A stretch of 64,000 nt of DNA. Source: the human T2T-CHM13v2.0 reference genome, Homo sapiens. The notes beneath the pieces are model-generated. The model did no database searches, was not told the DNA's origin, and saw nothing but the letters and a program-made list of their open reading frames with translations. The position numbers and the translations under genes were made by a program. This document shows, piece after piece, positions 43,260 through 57,269 of this stretch. Position 1 is the stretch's first letter, and each line of letters begins with the position of its first letter. The stretch lies in assembly GCF_009914755.1 (NCBI RefSeq), contig NC_060931.1; one strand, given 5' to 3'.

Positions 43260-44220
43260 AAATTCTGGTTTTCTTCTTCTTTATCATTGTGAAATACCAG
43301 ATATATGTATAGACAAAGGGCACAAAAGAATCAATGTGCAGATGAATGGTTTCTCACAAAGCTAAGACTGGCATAACCACCATCCAGTGCAAGCTGAGAG
43401 CACTGCCAATTGCCAGGAATCCCTTCATACCTTTGACAATCAATACCCCTTCCACTCCTTAATTGTTTTGTTTTGTTAGCCACCTCCTTGATTTTTTTAT
43501 AATTATACTACATGAGCTTGTATTCTTGAATCCTATAGTATTCTGAACTTTTAAGTTTTTGAAGTAGAATCATACAATATATATTTTACACCTGTCTTCT
43601 TTTACACATTATGTTTCTATGATAGGACCTCATTGTTGTAGATGCCTGTAAATTACTGGTGCTTATTTCTGCAGTCCATTGAATTTATATATCATGATGT
43701 ATTTATCCATTATAATTTGATGAGCATGTGGTTTGTGTCCAGGCTTTGGCTTTGCTGAGGATGTTCTGCAGTCCTTGTGAGAGTCTCTTCGCCACATCTC
43801 TTGAGTGTGCTGCACACTTTAGGTCTCCAGACTTGTGTACCAATGTACACCTACCTCCTCCAAAAGTGCATGCAAGCTCCACATGATTGATGTACTCAAA
43901 AGCAATGATACTTCCTCAGACAAAGATTTTAGCCATTTTAGTGTTACTCTAATGGTATCTTAATGTGGTTAAGCAGTGTTGAGGTTGAGAATTTTTTCCT
44001 ATGGTTATTGAGCAATTAAATACCATCTTTTGAAAAGGACCTGTGAATTCACTTGTGTATTTTTATATGGTGTTTCAGTTTTATTGATTTATGCTTTTTG
44101 TATATAGAATGTGATATATTGAATAGAAGGCATATTTCTCATTTATGTGGCTATTATTTTTGTCCTAGTCTATATCCCTGATATTTTTCTATTTTTAATT
44201 GTTTCACATTCTTAACTTTA
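43260..44220 (-). mobile_element. L1ME 3' region
   Basis: 'taaccaccatccag', 'agaatcatacaatatat', 'atttatccatt', 'ttttagccatttta', 'gaggttgagaa'. Confidence 0.6.
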
Positions 44221-44778
44221 ACTCAACTAATATTTAACTTAACTTTATTGAGGTACAAATGATGGGCCATAAATTTCACTTACGTGTGATTCAGTGATAT
44301 TTTAGTAAATTTGTAGAGTTATGCAAGCATCAATAAAATCTAGTTTTAGAACATTTTCAGCACTCCCAAAAGTTTCTTTGTGCTTATTTTTAGGTTAATC
44401 CCCACATCCACCCCAACTTTATGTAATCACAAATCATTCTATCTATAAAACATGCATTTTTTGGTATTTTATATAAGTGAAATCATACAATGTATGTAAC
44501 CAGATGGCAAAGGTTACATATATTGTATGATTCCATTGTGCACTTCTGTATTTTGTCCAGTACTTTCTTCTTTTTTCCCTACCGCAGAATAGCCCATTGT
44601 ATGGATATTTAATTCATCAGTTCACCAGTTGGTAGGCATTTAAATTATTTCCATCTTTTTAATATTATGAATAATCTTATGATGAATATTTGATTTGACT
44701 ATATATTTTTGTATAGACATATGTTTTCATTTATCTTTGAAGATTCCCAGGTTAGGATGCCAAGTAATATGGTAAATT

Positions 44779-44936
44779 GGCCAGGCAATGTGGCTTACAC
44801 CTATAATCCCAGCCCTTTGTAAGACCAAGAGGGATCATTTGAGCCCTAGAATTCAAGGTTACAGAGAGTTGTGCTCACATCACTGCACTCCAGCCTGGGC
44901 AACACAGTGAGACCCTGTCTCAAAAAAAAAAAAAAA
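44779..44936 (+). mobile_element. Alu monomer (FRAM-like or left/right chimera)
   Basis: 'ggccaggcaatgtggcttacacctataatcccagc...cactgcactccagcctgggcaacacagtgagaccctgtctc' plus poly-A; no TSD. Confidence 0.85.
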
Positions 44937-45297
44937 GAGGAATACGGTTTTCTGTCTTGTAACTGAGTTATAAATTCTTTACACATTCAAATGTCATTAA
45001 CACTATGTATAACATACAAATGTATTCTTAGTTTGTGACTTTTTAAAAAATTCACCTCATTAATGTACTTGGAGCACAAAAGTTCTTAATTTTAATGAAT
45101 TCAGTTTTATCAAAGCATTCTCTTATGAGTTTGCCTTTGCTGTAATATTGAAAGAAATTTGCCCATCTCAATGTTATTAACATTTTCTCTTATTATGTTT
45201 TTCTGCAAATTCTGTAACTTTAGCTCTTACATTTAGGTCAATGTTCCATTTTGAGTTGATTTTTTGTGCATGGTGTGAGACAAAGATCTAAGTTATT

Positions 45298-45335
45298 TGT
45301 GTGCATGTGTGTGTGTGTGTGTGTGTATGTGTGTG
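45298..45335. repeat. (TG)n microsatellite
   Basis: Directly visible. Confidence 0.9.
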
Positions 45336-45965
45336 AATATCCAATTACCTCAACATCATTTGTGAAAAGACTATCTTTCCATGAATTTTTTTGGCATGCT
45401 AGTCAAAATTCAATTGACCATAATAATGAAGACTTATTTCTGGAGTCTCAGGTCTGTCTCTTTGATCTCTATGCCTTTCCTTGCACCAATCCCTCACTCT
45501 ATTGATTACTGTGGCTTTAGACTAAATTTTAAAATTGGATAGTTTGTATCAGCAATTTTGGTTTTCTTTTTCAAAATTGGTTTGGCTATTTGGGGTCCTT
45601 TGCATTTTTAAATACATTTTTAGGTCAGTTTGTTAAGTTCTACCCACAAAAGCCTGTTGGTATTTTTTTTGTGTGTGCGATTACATTGATTTACTGTCAA
45701 TGTTGGGAAAAAAATTGTCATCCAACCCATGAACATGTAATGCCTCTCAATTCATTTCCATCTTAGGTTTCTCTGAGTAATGTTTGTCTTTTTTATCATA
45801 CATTTAGCATTGCTTTTTAAAAATTTATTTTGACATATTTTATTTCTTTTGATGATATAGATTTTGTTTTCTTGATATTATTTTCTTTGTTTTATTGGTA
45901 GTATAGAAATACAAATGATATTTATATGATATTATTTTCTGAGACTTTGTTTAACTCATTAGTTC

Positions 45966-45974
45966 TGTGTGTGT

Positions 45975-46007
<33 letters not shown>
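45966..46007. repeat. (TG)n microsatellite
   Basis: Directly visible. Confidence 0.9.
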
Positions 46008-46010
<3 letters not shown>

Positions 46011-47769
46011 TCCCAAGGATTCTGTACATTCGGGATTCAGGTTTATTTGTGAAAAAAGTCAAGTTTATGACTTTCTTTCCAATCTAGAGTCTTTTTTGTT
46101 TTTGTTGTTATTATTTTACTTTTGAAGAAAGTCAACATCTTTGTCTTGTTTAGGGGAAAGCACTGAACATTCACACCTCTCCTGCTATGTTACTGTGCTT
46201 CTGGAGACACTTAATGAGATTGAGAATTTTCTTTTCTATTGCTAGTTTACTGAGAGGTTTTCTCATGAATGGTTTTTTATTTTTCAAAAGCATTTTCTTC
46301 ATCTATTGGGATGACCATGTAGTGTTTGTTCTTTATTTTATTCCTGCCTGTATTGTGCATTTTATTAAGTGATTTTTAGGTGTGAAATTTACTCTGCATT
46401 CCCAAGATACAGGACATTTGTTAATGATTTATAGTCCTTTTTCTAAGATATTGAATTTTATTTGCTAATATTTTGTTAAAGATTTTACATATGTCTTTGT
46501 TAGGGCTGGGCATCTGTAGTTTTATTTTCTTGTAATGTCTTTGTCTGTCTTTAGTATCAGGGTAATACTGGCCTTGTAGAACAATTTGGGAGGTGTTCTC
46601 CACTTGTTGACGGAATTTCTGAAAGATTGTTATTACCTTTTCTTTAAATATTTGGTAATATTTACTGGTGAAGATGTCTGGATCTGGAATTTTCTTGCAG
46701 GAAAAATTTTAACTATTAATTAAATTATGTTATTTGATATATGTACATTCATATTCTTCATTTCTTTGAATGTTAGTTTTGCTAATTTGTGTTTTTCTTA
46801 GAGTTTATCATTTTATTTTCGGTGTCTAAGTGAATTATTCAAGATATTCATTTATAATTTTTTTAATATGTACAGTCAATAGTGATGTCCCCTTCTTTAT
46901 TTCTGATATTTGGAAACTTGTGTCTTTTTCTTTTTATTTTCTAGCTCAATATAGCTAAGTGTTTGTGAATTTTGTTTTGTTTTAATTATTTTATTTTATT
47001 AATTTTCTTCATAATTTTTATTTCCTAGTTCTTTTTTCCTCTAATTTCTATTTCCTTTTCTCCACTTATTGTAAGTTTAATTAGCTTTTTTTGTTCTAGT
47101 TTCTTAAAGTGTAAGTTAGAATATTGACTTGACATCTTACTTACTTCCTGATAGAGGTTTTCAAAGCTATGCATGTCTCTCCAAGGACTGCTTTAGCAAC
47201 ATACCATACATGTTCATATTTTTTTGTTTTATTTTCCTGTTCTTTCTTGCATTACTTCCTTCCTTCTACCTTAATTGGGTTCATTTGGCCGTTATTAAAA
47301 CAATTATTTTGGTTATTTATATGTGGTAGCTTTTCTATACTTCCTTCTCATTTTTTATGTATCTTTACATGATGGATATATTTCATTAAATATTTTATAG
47401 TATGGTTTGGTTTTCTTATTTAGTCTGGCTAATTTGCTTTTAAATAACATTATTTAGCCCATTTAATTTTTTTTATATTTTTAAACAGGGTACTGAGATA
47501 TAACTGACATACAATAAAATGCATCTGTATCTCAGTGTTATCTTAATTTGCATTTCCTTAACAACAAATAATGTTGAGGATATTTTCATTTATTTATTAG
47601 CCATTAGTATATCTTTGGTAAAATGTGTATTTAAATATTTTGCACACTTTTACAAATTATATTCCTTGTCTTATTATTCAGTGTGAGTTCTTTGTGTATG
47701 CTCCATACAAATCCTTTGTATTTTCTCAGTGTGGAGAGAGAGACAGAGAAAGAGACAGAGATCTCCCTT

Positions 47770-49330
47770 TATATATGCATGTGCCTGTGTGTATGCCCCA
47801 ACAGAAATTCATTTTGTTTTGTTCAATTTTTACTTAGATTTAGCTATTCATTATTTTCATTTTATTTATCCCTTGCTAAATCTCTGACCTTCCTGCCAGT
47901 CACTTAACTTTAGCATGAAGAAATTCATGTGTATTTTACTGTGGGTCCGGTGATGAGGAATTCTCTTAGTTTTTGTTAATCTGAAAATGTCATTATTTCC
48001 ATTTCATTCTTAAAAGACATATTCATTTGAAATATAATTCTAGGTAGGTAATTTTCCCCAGATCCTTATAAATATAATTCTATTTTTTTCTAGTTTCCAT
48101 ATGTGAAAACATACCTATCAGTTTGTTTTACATTTGAAGATAGTATTTTCTCTTTCTGTCTCTGGCTATATATTTAAATGTTTTCTTCCTTTTTACTTTT
48201 CTACAGTGTCTATATAATCATCTAAGTTCTATTTACTCATGTTTTCAGCCCTCTATTCACAGTGATACTTGAATATTTGACTTTATGTCATTCTTTAATT
48301 TTGGAAAATTCTCATATTTCAAAAATTTGTTTCCACCTCTTAGTCCTGCTTCTCTTTCTAAGACTTCAGCAAAATGTATATTAGAATTCTTACACTCTTT
48401 CTTATGTCTCTTACTCTCTTTCACCATTGGTATCCCATCATGAACAATTTTTTTGGGTATATTTTTCAATTTGTTATTGTTGCAAATGTGCCTATGCTGC
48501 TTTGGAATGTACCCGTTAGTTCTTAATTTTAGTTTTTTTTTAGTCCTATTATTTTTGCTTATAATTTTATAGACTCTTACTGTTTACCAAAATCCTCCGT
48601 CTTGTTTTAGTTCTTTAAACACATGTATTTTAAAGTTTGTGTCTAATAACCTCTATCTGGAGCCCCTGAAGTCTTGCTTTTTTTGTTATGTGTCTTATCT
48701 GCTGTCTGTTTTGTTTTCTTTGGTTTCCTTGTTCTCATCTCCTCATCTTCTTTGGATATTTTTTATTTTAAAATAGACATTTAATTTCCAAAATTGTTTG
48801 CAGAAATAATTTGGAAACTAGGATATTTCCTCCTTCAAAAGAGAATTTTCTCTGTACTTCCATCAGGCTCCTCAGTAGCCAATAATCCAGAAGCAGCTTG
48901 ATTCAATTTCAGAAACTGAGATGATTTAAACATGAGCTGCAGTCTGTGAGTGTCTGCCTTACTCTTGTCCACACAAAGTCAGAGGTTTTTCACTGTGAAT
49001 TTCCAGCCCAAAGTGGAGAGTTTTAACCATAGATCTGACACTTGGGGAGGTTCTAGATTACTGTCTCTTCCTCCGAGACTCCAGAGGTTGTCAAAAGTTC
49101 TGTGCAACCTTTGATCCTCTCATTTTTGTTCATTCTGGAGCAAGCAAAATCTCATTGCCCCAAAGTGGCACCACACACTGAGCTAATTTGCCTTTTTTTA
49201 ATCCTTCCCCAAATCACAGCCAGTTATGCCTCCATAATGTGCTAGCTCTCCCATTCAATCCAGTAGATGGCTTTTTATTTTTTTCTCAAGATTTTTAAAT
49301 TGTGAATGGGAGGCTTGGTCTGAGTTATCT
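47770..49330 (-). mobile_element. Old L1ME ORF1/5' region
   Basis: 'aattctcttagtttttgttaatctgaaaatgtc', 'ttttggaaaattctca', 'tttaaagtttgtgtctaataac'. Confidence 0.6.
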
Positions 49331-50229
49331 ATTATTTCTTTATTAGACTCAGAGGTCCAAAAATGCTTAGAAGATGCTCAATAAATACTGATTAGATGAA
49401 AGACTAGAATAAGTGTGTAAGTTCTGAATGGAAATAAACATGTGAGTATGTGGATATAATTATAGCAGAGAGAATAACAGATATATTCAGCAGGACCTGG
49501 GGGACTCTAGCATTTGCACCCACTTGGCTACATTTGTTAATTATGTCTAATCCCCAATGACCCTAAACAAAAAGATTTAAAAGGCTGCTGAAAACCGTGT
49601 TTTGTGCAATGCACAGAATGTTATATGAAAACACGGGATCCCAAAAAGGGAATTCAAAAACATGCAAACACTACAGCCAATGGGAAAGATTGCATAGAAA
49701 TAAATAAAAATACATTGAAAGCAATAAATACACAGTGAGTGCCTACGCTTCTCTGTTTCTTCTTGCAAGTCACACTGCAAGTTCTCATACTTTTTTTTCT
49801 TCTCAGATATTTAAGTAAATTTCCGATATTCCTTAACTATCTGCCTTTCTGTAAATTTCTTACCTATCTGTAAAACCTTACAGAAATTACAGAATTGGGA
49901 AAATTTTTTCTGAAAGTTTTATCCTTAATCCTTGAAAGCATAATCCAGTTTAGAGTTCCCAGTTTCCTGAGCATTGGTTACTATGGTCTACTCCCCACAT
50001 CCCGAAATGATGTTGCACTATCTTCTTTCTCCTTTTACATGTTTGGCCAATTTAATCTTAATATTTTGAATTTGATGCTTTTCTCTTTTCTACCTATTCT
50101 TCCTAGGTTATGATTTTATTCATATTCACAAATAAAAATATTGCATCTGTAATAATAATTTGAGACGAAGCCATTACTCTAATCCTGATTTTTTGCCTGC
50201 GCCACAGACACAAATTCCAGATGACCTGT

Positions 50230-50400
50230 AGGACAAAGCCCATGTAGATTTTCAATGAGCTTTTCATCTCAACATGTTCAAAACTGTACTCTTTATCTAC
50301 TTATTGCCACTATCTACTCCCACACCTATTTTCTTCCTATGATGCCTGCTTTATCAATGTCACAAAATACTCTATTGTAAATAGTCCTGGAAACTCCAAG
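50230..50400 (+). mobile_element. L2 fragment
   Basis: 'catctcaacatgttcaaaactgtactc'. Confidence 0.45.
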
Positions 50401-50619
50401 ACATCATTAATGTGAATGTAGGAAAGAGATGATAATTTAAGTTAGAAAAGGTTGGTCAGAGAAGCTGCCATATGGTAGAATATAGGCGAAGTAAAACAGG
50501 TGTAGAACAAACATGAGCCAATTTAAAATATTTCTTCTCCAGGGAACTTAATGTTTCCTTGAGAATTTATGCCTGTGGACAGTTCTATTACTACTACTCA
50601 AGCTACCAACTATTATGGC

Positions 50620-50765
50620 AGATGATGAAGATCATACACACTTTGTGAGGTGCTGCTCTGAGTGATGTATATGCACTTATTCAATTAATTCTTACATGAG
50701 GAAACTGAGACTCAAAGACATAGAATAATTTGCAGAAGTTTACAAGTTGAGACTTAGGACTAAAT
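50620..50765 (-). mobile_element. MIR fragment
   Basis: 'atgaggaaactgagactcaaaga...aataatttgc'. Confidence 0.6.
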
Positions 50766-51414
50766 AACTTCATATGGAAAGTTTTGTTTTTAAGAAAAGG
50801 AAGAAGCAGATCGCAATTCTACAGGTACATTGTTATTTAACTTCAAGAAGAAAAGCTATCTAGAAACAGCCTTAAATTATAACAAATTGTTCTCATCTCA
50901 CTTTGCCTCCTGGTCTCATTAGAACTAGTATTGGAAATCTTGTCCTGTGGTTCTATGGCCAGCTTCCCTTACCCTACTGAGAAGGTAAGTACTTACCAGA
51001 CACTACAACTGACACCAGCTCTCAGATTTCCCCTGCTGCCCTGCTATATTCAACAAAAAATATAATAGAATAAAAGCTAAGCAACCAACCCTAACTCTTA
51101 CACCGAGTTAACCTGTCTCTGTGTAACCTGTTTGAGTATTTACATATACAGGTTTATTTACATTTACATATACAGGTATATGAAAATAGGATTTTAATTC
51201 AAATTCCTAAAATTAAAAAAGATTGATAGAGCATGAGCAAATTATGAGTTTGAAAAATCCCCAATCATTTTCAGCAACAATTTTCATGTTTACATATGCC
51301 CCTGTATTCTCTACTTTATGAATTATAAACTCCTTTTGCATACTTTCTCTCTGCAGGAAAATGGATGCAAGTTTTAAATATAGATTTATGACTTTTATGG
51401 AAAATAATAATTAG

Positions 51415-51535
51415 GTAGTTCTGTAGCCTTGGGCAAATACTGTAATTTCCCTGCACTTCATTTCCTTATCTTTAAAATAAAGGTATCAGAAGAGATTATC
51501 TTAAAATGTCCCTCCAAGTTCTACCATTCTGTGAT
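51415..51535 (+). mobile_element. MIR3/MIRc fragment
   Basis: 'ccttgggcaaat...cttcatttccttatctttaaaat...ccctccaagttctaccattctgtgat'. Confidence 0.65.
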
Positions 51536-52740
51536 ACACTATAAAATAAACTAACTAACTGCCATTTAGGGATGTCTCCAATAACGTGACATATATGAGT
51601 TCCATTTACAGATGACTATGCCCTTTATTGACCTTGACATAGCCTCTCCAGAGTTACACATTATAGTAAGAGATGTATATGCATTTAGCTCCATTTAACA
51701 TTATGGCATCAGGGAAATGAAGAATTGGAGCTGGAATCCAATTCTTGATATTTTATAATCACTGCTTCTAAAAATCTATACCTAGCAATAAAAATGTAAT
51801 AAATACCTTTTTTTTTGTGCCACCCGGTTAAAAGTTAGTTCCAAGGATGTTACAATGAAGCTGTCTGTACAAATAAATCTGAAAATGAAACTAAAAAGAT
51901 CATAAAGAAAGTGTCTGTTTGTATTTCCAAGGGTGAATCGGCCTGGAAGCTGTTCATTCTCTCCCAAGCCTGAAACAGCGGATAAACGACCCCACCTCAT
52001 GCTGGGAAGAGAGAGCTTGGGATCCCTGGCACGTGAGAACCAGAGCCTGGTGTAGATCAGAGCTCTCCATCCAGAGTGTCATGACTTAGCTGCATGCTTT
52101 CACCAGCAGGGAGGAGGGAACTGATACTGGAGGTAACAAAGGCCCAGTTTTGTTTTGTTTTGCTATAATCTCACCTGATAGGAAAGAACACCTGTAGATA
52201 TGCAAAGCTGATTATCTCTTCATAAAAGATGGACTAGCCTCTACAAGGACAGTAATGTTGTGCTTGACAGAGTGACACAGGCCAGTGATGGAGCAGCAGA
52301 GTCCTCCAAGGGACCATGAGAAAAACATTACCTGGCCACATGATTGCGTGACAAGGCAAGGGTCCAACTGGAATGGGGGTGCATGAGAACTGCTTTTGTG
52401 CCTAGATGATTAAAAAAGGGAATGTGGACTTAAGTGAGAATGGACCAGGCCGTGCAGAATGATATTATACAGAGGAAAGGAGGTCTTTATAAGGTGATGC
52501 AGTAAAAAACCTATAAAGGTTTGGGAGTATATTATCAGTGATAACAGCTTTCTAGCGTATGGAGTAGTTAATCTTTAAGACATGATTACTGTGTGCAGAG
52601 TGAATCTGAGAACTATTGAAATGTCAGAAAGGATTGAATTGAAGCCACAGAATGTCATGACACAAAAACTGTTAACTACTAGTTTTAGAATTCCTATTAA
52701 GAAAACAGTATAAGAAAAACAAGACAATGTCTGTGTGAAA

Positions 52741-52870
52741 CAGTGATTTATAAATTTTGGTAAGCACCAGCATTACCTAAAAATTTGTTAAAAATACAAT
52801 TGCTGAAGCCCCACTCTTGGAGATGATGCAGCAGGTGTGCGGGGGAGCTGTCCAGAAGGTGTGTGCGCAC
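52741..52870. mobile_element. MER5-type hAT fragment
   Basis: 'cagtgattt...gcaccagcattacct...ttgttaaaaatacaattgctgaagcccca'. Confidence 0.55.
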
Positions 52871-55419
52871 TCCAGATTAGATCTCTACGGCCCAGGCTCA
52901 TTTTCCTTACATACACATGCTATTTATAGACACGTGGGCTCATGCACTGAGAGGCTGCTTTCTTCTGAGTACCGAAGGAATGAATATATACAAAACGATT
53001 AAAACAATCCTGGACACGTTGTAATCACTTGCAAGTGTTGGCTGTACATGAATATAAGCATTCATTCAAAGACAAATACTTATTGTCATGCATGCGGATG
53101 TGTATATAAATACATTTGTCTAAGCAAATCAGGTACACATTAATAAAGTGGAAGCAAGGCTTTTCAATCCCTCTCAAATAATACTTTATTGTTCACTAAG
53201 CTGTGAATTTTTAATATCTTGAGCCCTGAGTGCAGACCAGAAAGCAATCAGAGGTCACTGCAAGTAGCTCAGGCTGAGATTCCAACAAAAGTGAGTCTTG
53301 TCTGTGACAGTTACACAAATTACATTTTGCCTGTCATCCTGCTTTGAATAAATATACTGAAATATGAGTGAAGACAAGATCATTGTTCAATAAGAAAAAC
53401 TGCTTTGCTTTGGGATATTTGGGAAATTACGTAACTACCATTAACATATTAGATCTGTCCTTTTAAATTTCTTCATTAGCTCCAACTACTGCAGTAAAAT
53501 TCTCATGTGCAATTTAACTGCAGCATTAATGAAGCTGATTGGTCTATAACATGCAGGGCCAGTTTTATCACCCTTTAAAACACCTGAATTAAGATGTTTT
53601 TATCCCAACCACTGAAGAAAAGAACTACTTCAATGCATGATCCCTAAAAAGAAAAAAAAAATGGAGAAAGTTAGCCTAATTTTACTCTTGATAAGATCTT
53701 TAAAGCTTGAAAATCACAAAATGTAATCAAAAACTACTTTTTAATTTCCCCAAAGCCACTGTAAAACCTCTGCAAATTATATTCACTATGAGTGTGATTT
53801 TGCAATGCGGGAGCCACACCGGGGGAATGTAACATCTTTTGGAGCTAGGTTAACGAAAGTAGCCTGGGTAGCAAAAAGTTGGCCTCATGTAAATTCCCAA
53901 GATCAACAGTGTAAAGAACTTACCGGTATAAAAGAAGTTGAGATTTCATTTGGAAGCTCTAAAATTAATGTATTCAGTAACTACTATATGTTTAGTGATC
54001 AGTAAAGAGACAAGATTTTAACAAAATTTCTTATAATTTCATGAAAATCACACAACAAATAACAATAGCTTTAACAATAGAAGGGCTGTCTCTCAGTTGT
54101 CCAGTTCCTCTCTGCTTGCTGAAGTAATATGGTGACTACAGACACCCATGAGCCTTAGAGATTTTAAAACAAGTTGACTAAAAATGTGATATATGCCAAC
54201 TTTGACAAAGAAGGGAAACTATCACCACATGCCTGCATTTTTGTTGACCAAAGCTTTTTACTTCTCACTTGAATCTCATTTTTAATCCTCAGAAATATAC
54301 TTTCCTCCTCCATCATAGTGATTCATAACCTTCTAAAACCTTACGATTCTGAAAACCCACACAAACACATTGGGACCTCTCCCAGCCCTTGACTCACTGT
54401 GAGTATGGATTTCAGTGGCCTTGCTACCCTTAATTTGGTGGGTTTTGTCCCTGGAGTTAAACATTCATGACTATATTCACCTTCTAGGTCAGCATTCTCA
54501 AGATGACCACAATGAGCAGCATTGAAGAGCCAGCGTTCAAATGCTTCTCCCACATGGGAGTCAGTATTCTGCAGAGATGGATAATTCTCAGACCACCACT
54601 TAGCTTCCTGAAGCCAGCAACCTATGTCAAAGGTAGGATACAACAACCACCTTATACAGCATCTTGACTTTAAAAAGAGTAGAAGATGACTCATTTAAAT
54701 TAAAAGATTTTCCAGAAATAAAAATGGCATCATCCAGGAAAGATAAAGAATAGATGCCGTATTGTTGAGAAAAGTTGAAGGAATCCTATTCAAATCTTAA
54801 CTCTCCTCAGTTTCACAGTTACTGAGTCACATCTCATAGTTATACTCATTCTGCAGATCTTCCAACAAATACAAACCTAAATATGATAAATGTATGGAGG
54901 AGAACGTGTGGGCTCAAAGAACTCAGGCAACGATGAAAAACTGGGAGGAAGTGAAATGAGGTGAGCCTTTGATGAAGCAAAGGATTTGAGTTAGGGGAGA
55001 TGGGGGACAGATAGGGTGGGAGAGGGAGGTCATTGCAGCCCCAGGTTGCTGGTGGTGGTCTGTGTGGATAAGGGGTGGTGTTGACCGTGAGTCTGAAGGG
55101 AGGGACTCTGACCACCATCTCTGAAGGGTCTTTATTAGGCTGCTCTCTGGGACCTGGATGGAGATGCAGGGGTGAGCCAACATTCTTCTCTTCAGCCTTC
55201 TAAGTTTGGGGTTCTGTGGGATAAGGGGGCCATAGCCTGTACCAGTCCCAGTGTCTGCAAAACCCCGGATGGGGGTTCCTTACTTCACCCTATATTTTTC
55301 CAACAAGGGCACCTGCTCCTCACTCACTCCCCACCATTCCCCCTATTATCTACTTCTGAGACTTTTTGGGCCTTGGAAAACTTAGGAATCCCTTCCCTGC
55401 CTTTGCTGTGGAAACAAAA

Positions 55420-56371
<952 letters not shown>

Positions 56372-56492
56372 AAGCAGAAAACTTCTTAAGTATCATAACC
56401 ACATACAGATAGTCTTTCAACATGAAGCTCACACTTACATAACAGACATAGCTTTCTTTGGAACTACAAGTGCAGGTCATTATGCATGGTAA

Positions 56493-56633
56493 TTTGTTTA
56501 TTCATTTACTTTTTATAGGGGCAGGGTCTTTCTATGTTGCCCATGCTGGTTGTGAACTCCTGACCTCAAGGGATCCTCTTACCTCTGTCTCCAAAAACAT
56601 TGGGGTTACAATGGTAAGCCACCATGCCCAGTC
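56493..56633 (-). mobile_element. FLAM_C-like Alu monomer
   Basis: 'ctatgttgcccatgctgg...gaactcctgacctcaagggatcctc...agccaccatgcccag'. Confidence 0.8.
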
Positions 56634-56783
56634 ATAACATTTTTTAAAAATTGTATTTCTTTGCTGTCTTTTTGCAGATATTTCATCACTTTGTTGTTAA
56701 AGTGGTAAGAAAGGAGTTGAGTGCATCTGTCTCTGCTTGTGCTGATAGGCCCTCTTTTTCAGGTCATGCCTCTCCAAATGACA

Positions 56784-56912
56784 ATTAACTATATATATAT
56801 ATATATATAGTTAATACTATATATATAGTTAATACAATATATATATAGTTAATACTATATATAAGTTAATACTATATATATAGTTAATACAATATATATG
56901 GTTAATACAATA
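56784..56912. repeat. AT-rich palindrome followed by ~18-20-bp minisatellite
   Basis: attaact(at)9agttaat, then further units of 'tatatatagttaatac(t/a)a'. Confidence 0.9.
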
Positions 56913-56987
56913 AACTAAAGTCATGGAAGTAAATGTGATGTTTTGAGGAGAGTTTATATATTGAGAAGAAAGAAATCCAAAAAGAAA

Positions 56988-57269
56988 GAGACGAAGTCTC
57001 ACTCTGTCACCAGGCTAGAGTGTGCAGTGGCGCAGCCTCGGCTCACTGCAACCTCCACCTCCTGGGTTCATGAGATTCTCCTGCCTCAGCCTCCCAAGTA
57101 GCTGGGACTACAGACACATGCCACCACGCCCAGCTAATTTTTTGTATTTTTAGTAGAGACGGGGTTTCACCATGTTGGCCAGGATGGCCTTGATCTCTTG
57201 ACCTTGTGATCCGCCTGTGTCGGCCTCCCAAAGTGCTGGGATTACAGGTGTGAGCCACCACTCCCTGCC
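56988..57269 (-). mobile_element. AluSc-like element lacking its poly-A tail
   Basis: 'ctctgtcaccaggct', 'caggatggccttgatctcttgacc'; an A-rich tract sits where poly-T is expected. Confidence 0.93.

Larger units (their letters stand above)
44235..47230 (-). mobile_element. L1MB7/8-like 3' UTR plus ORF2 segment
   Basis: 'actttattgaggta', 'ttttagaacattttca', 'tgaaaagactatctttcc', 'tatcagggtaatactggcct' (ORF2-like QGQYYPDTK in ORF 46421-46603). Confidence 0.85.

Noticed and set aside
56784-56912. CRISPR-like array
   Set aside because: No unique spacers or cas genes; eukaryotic AT minisatellite.
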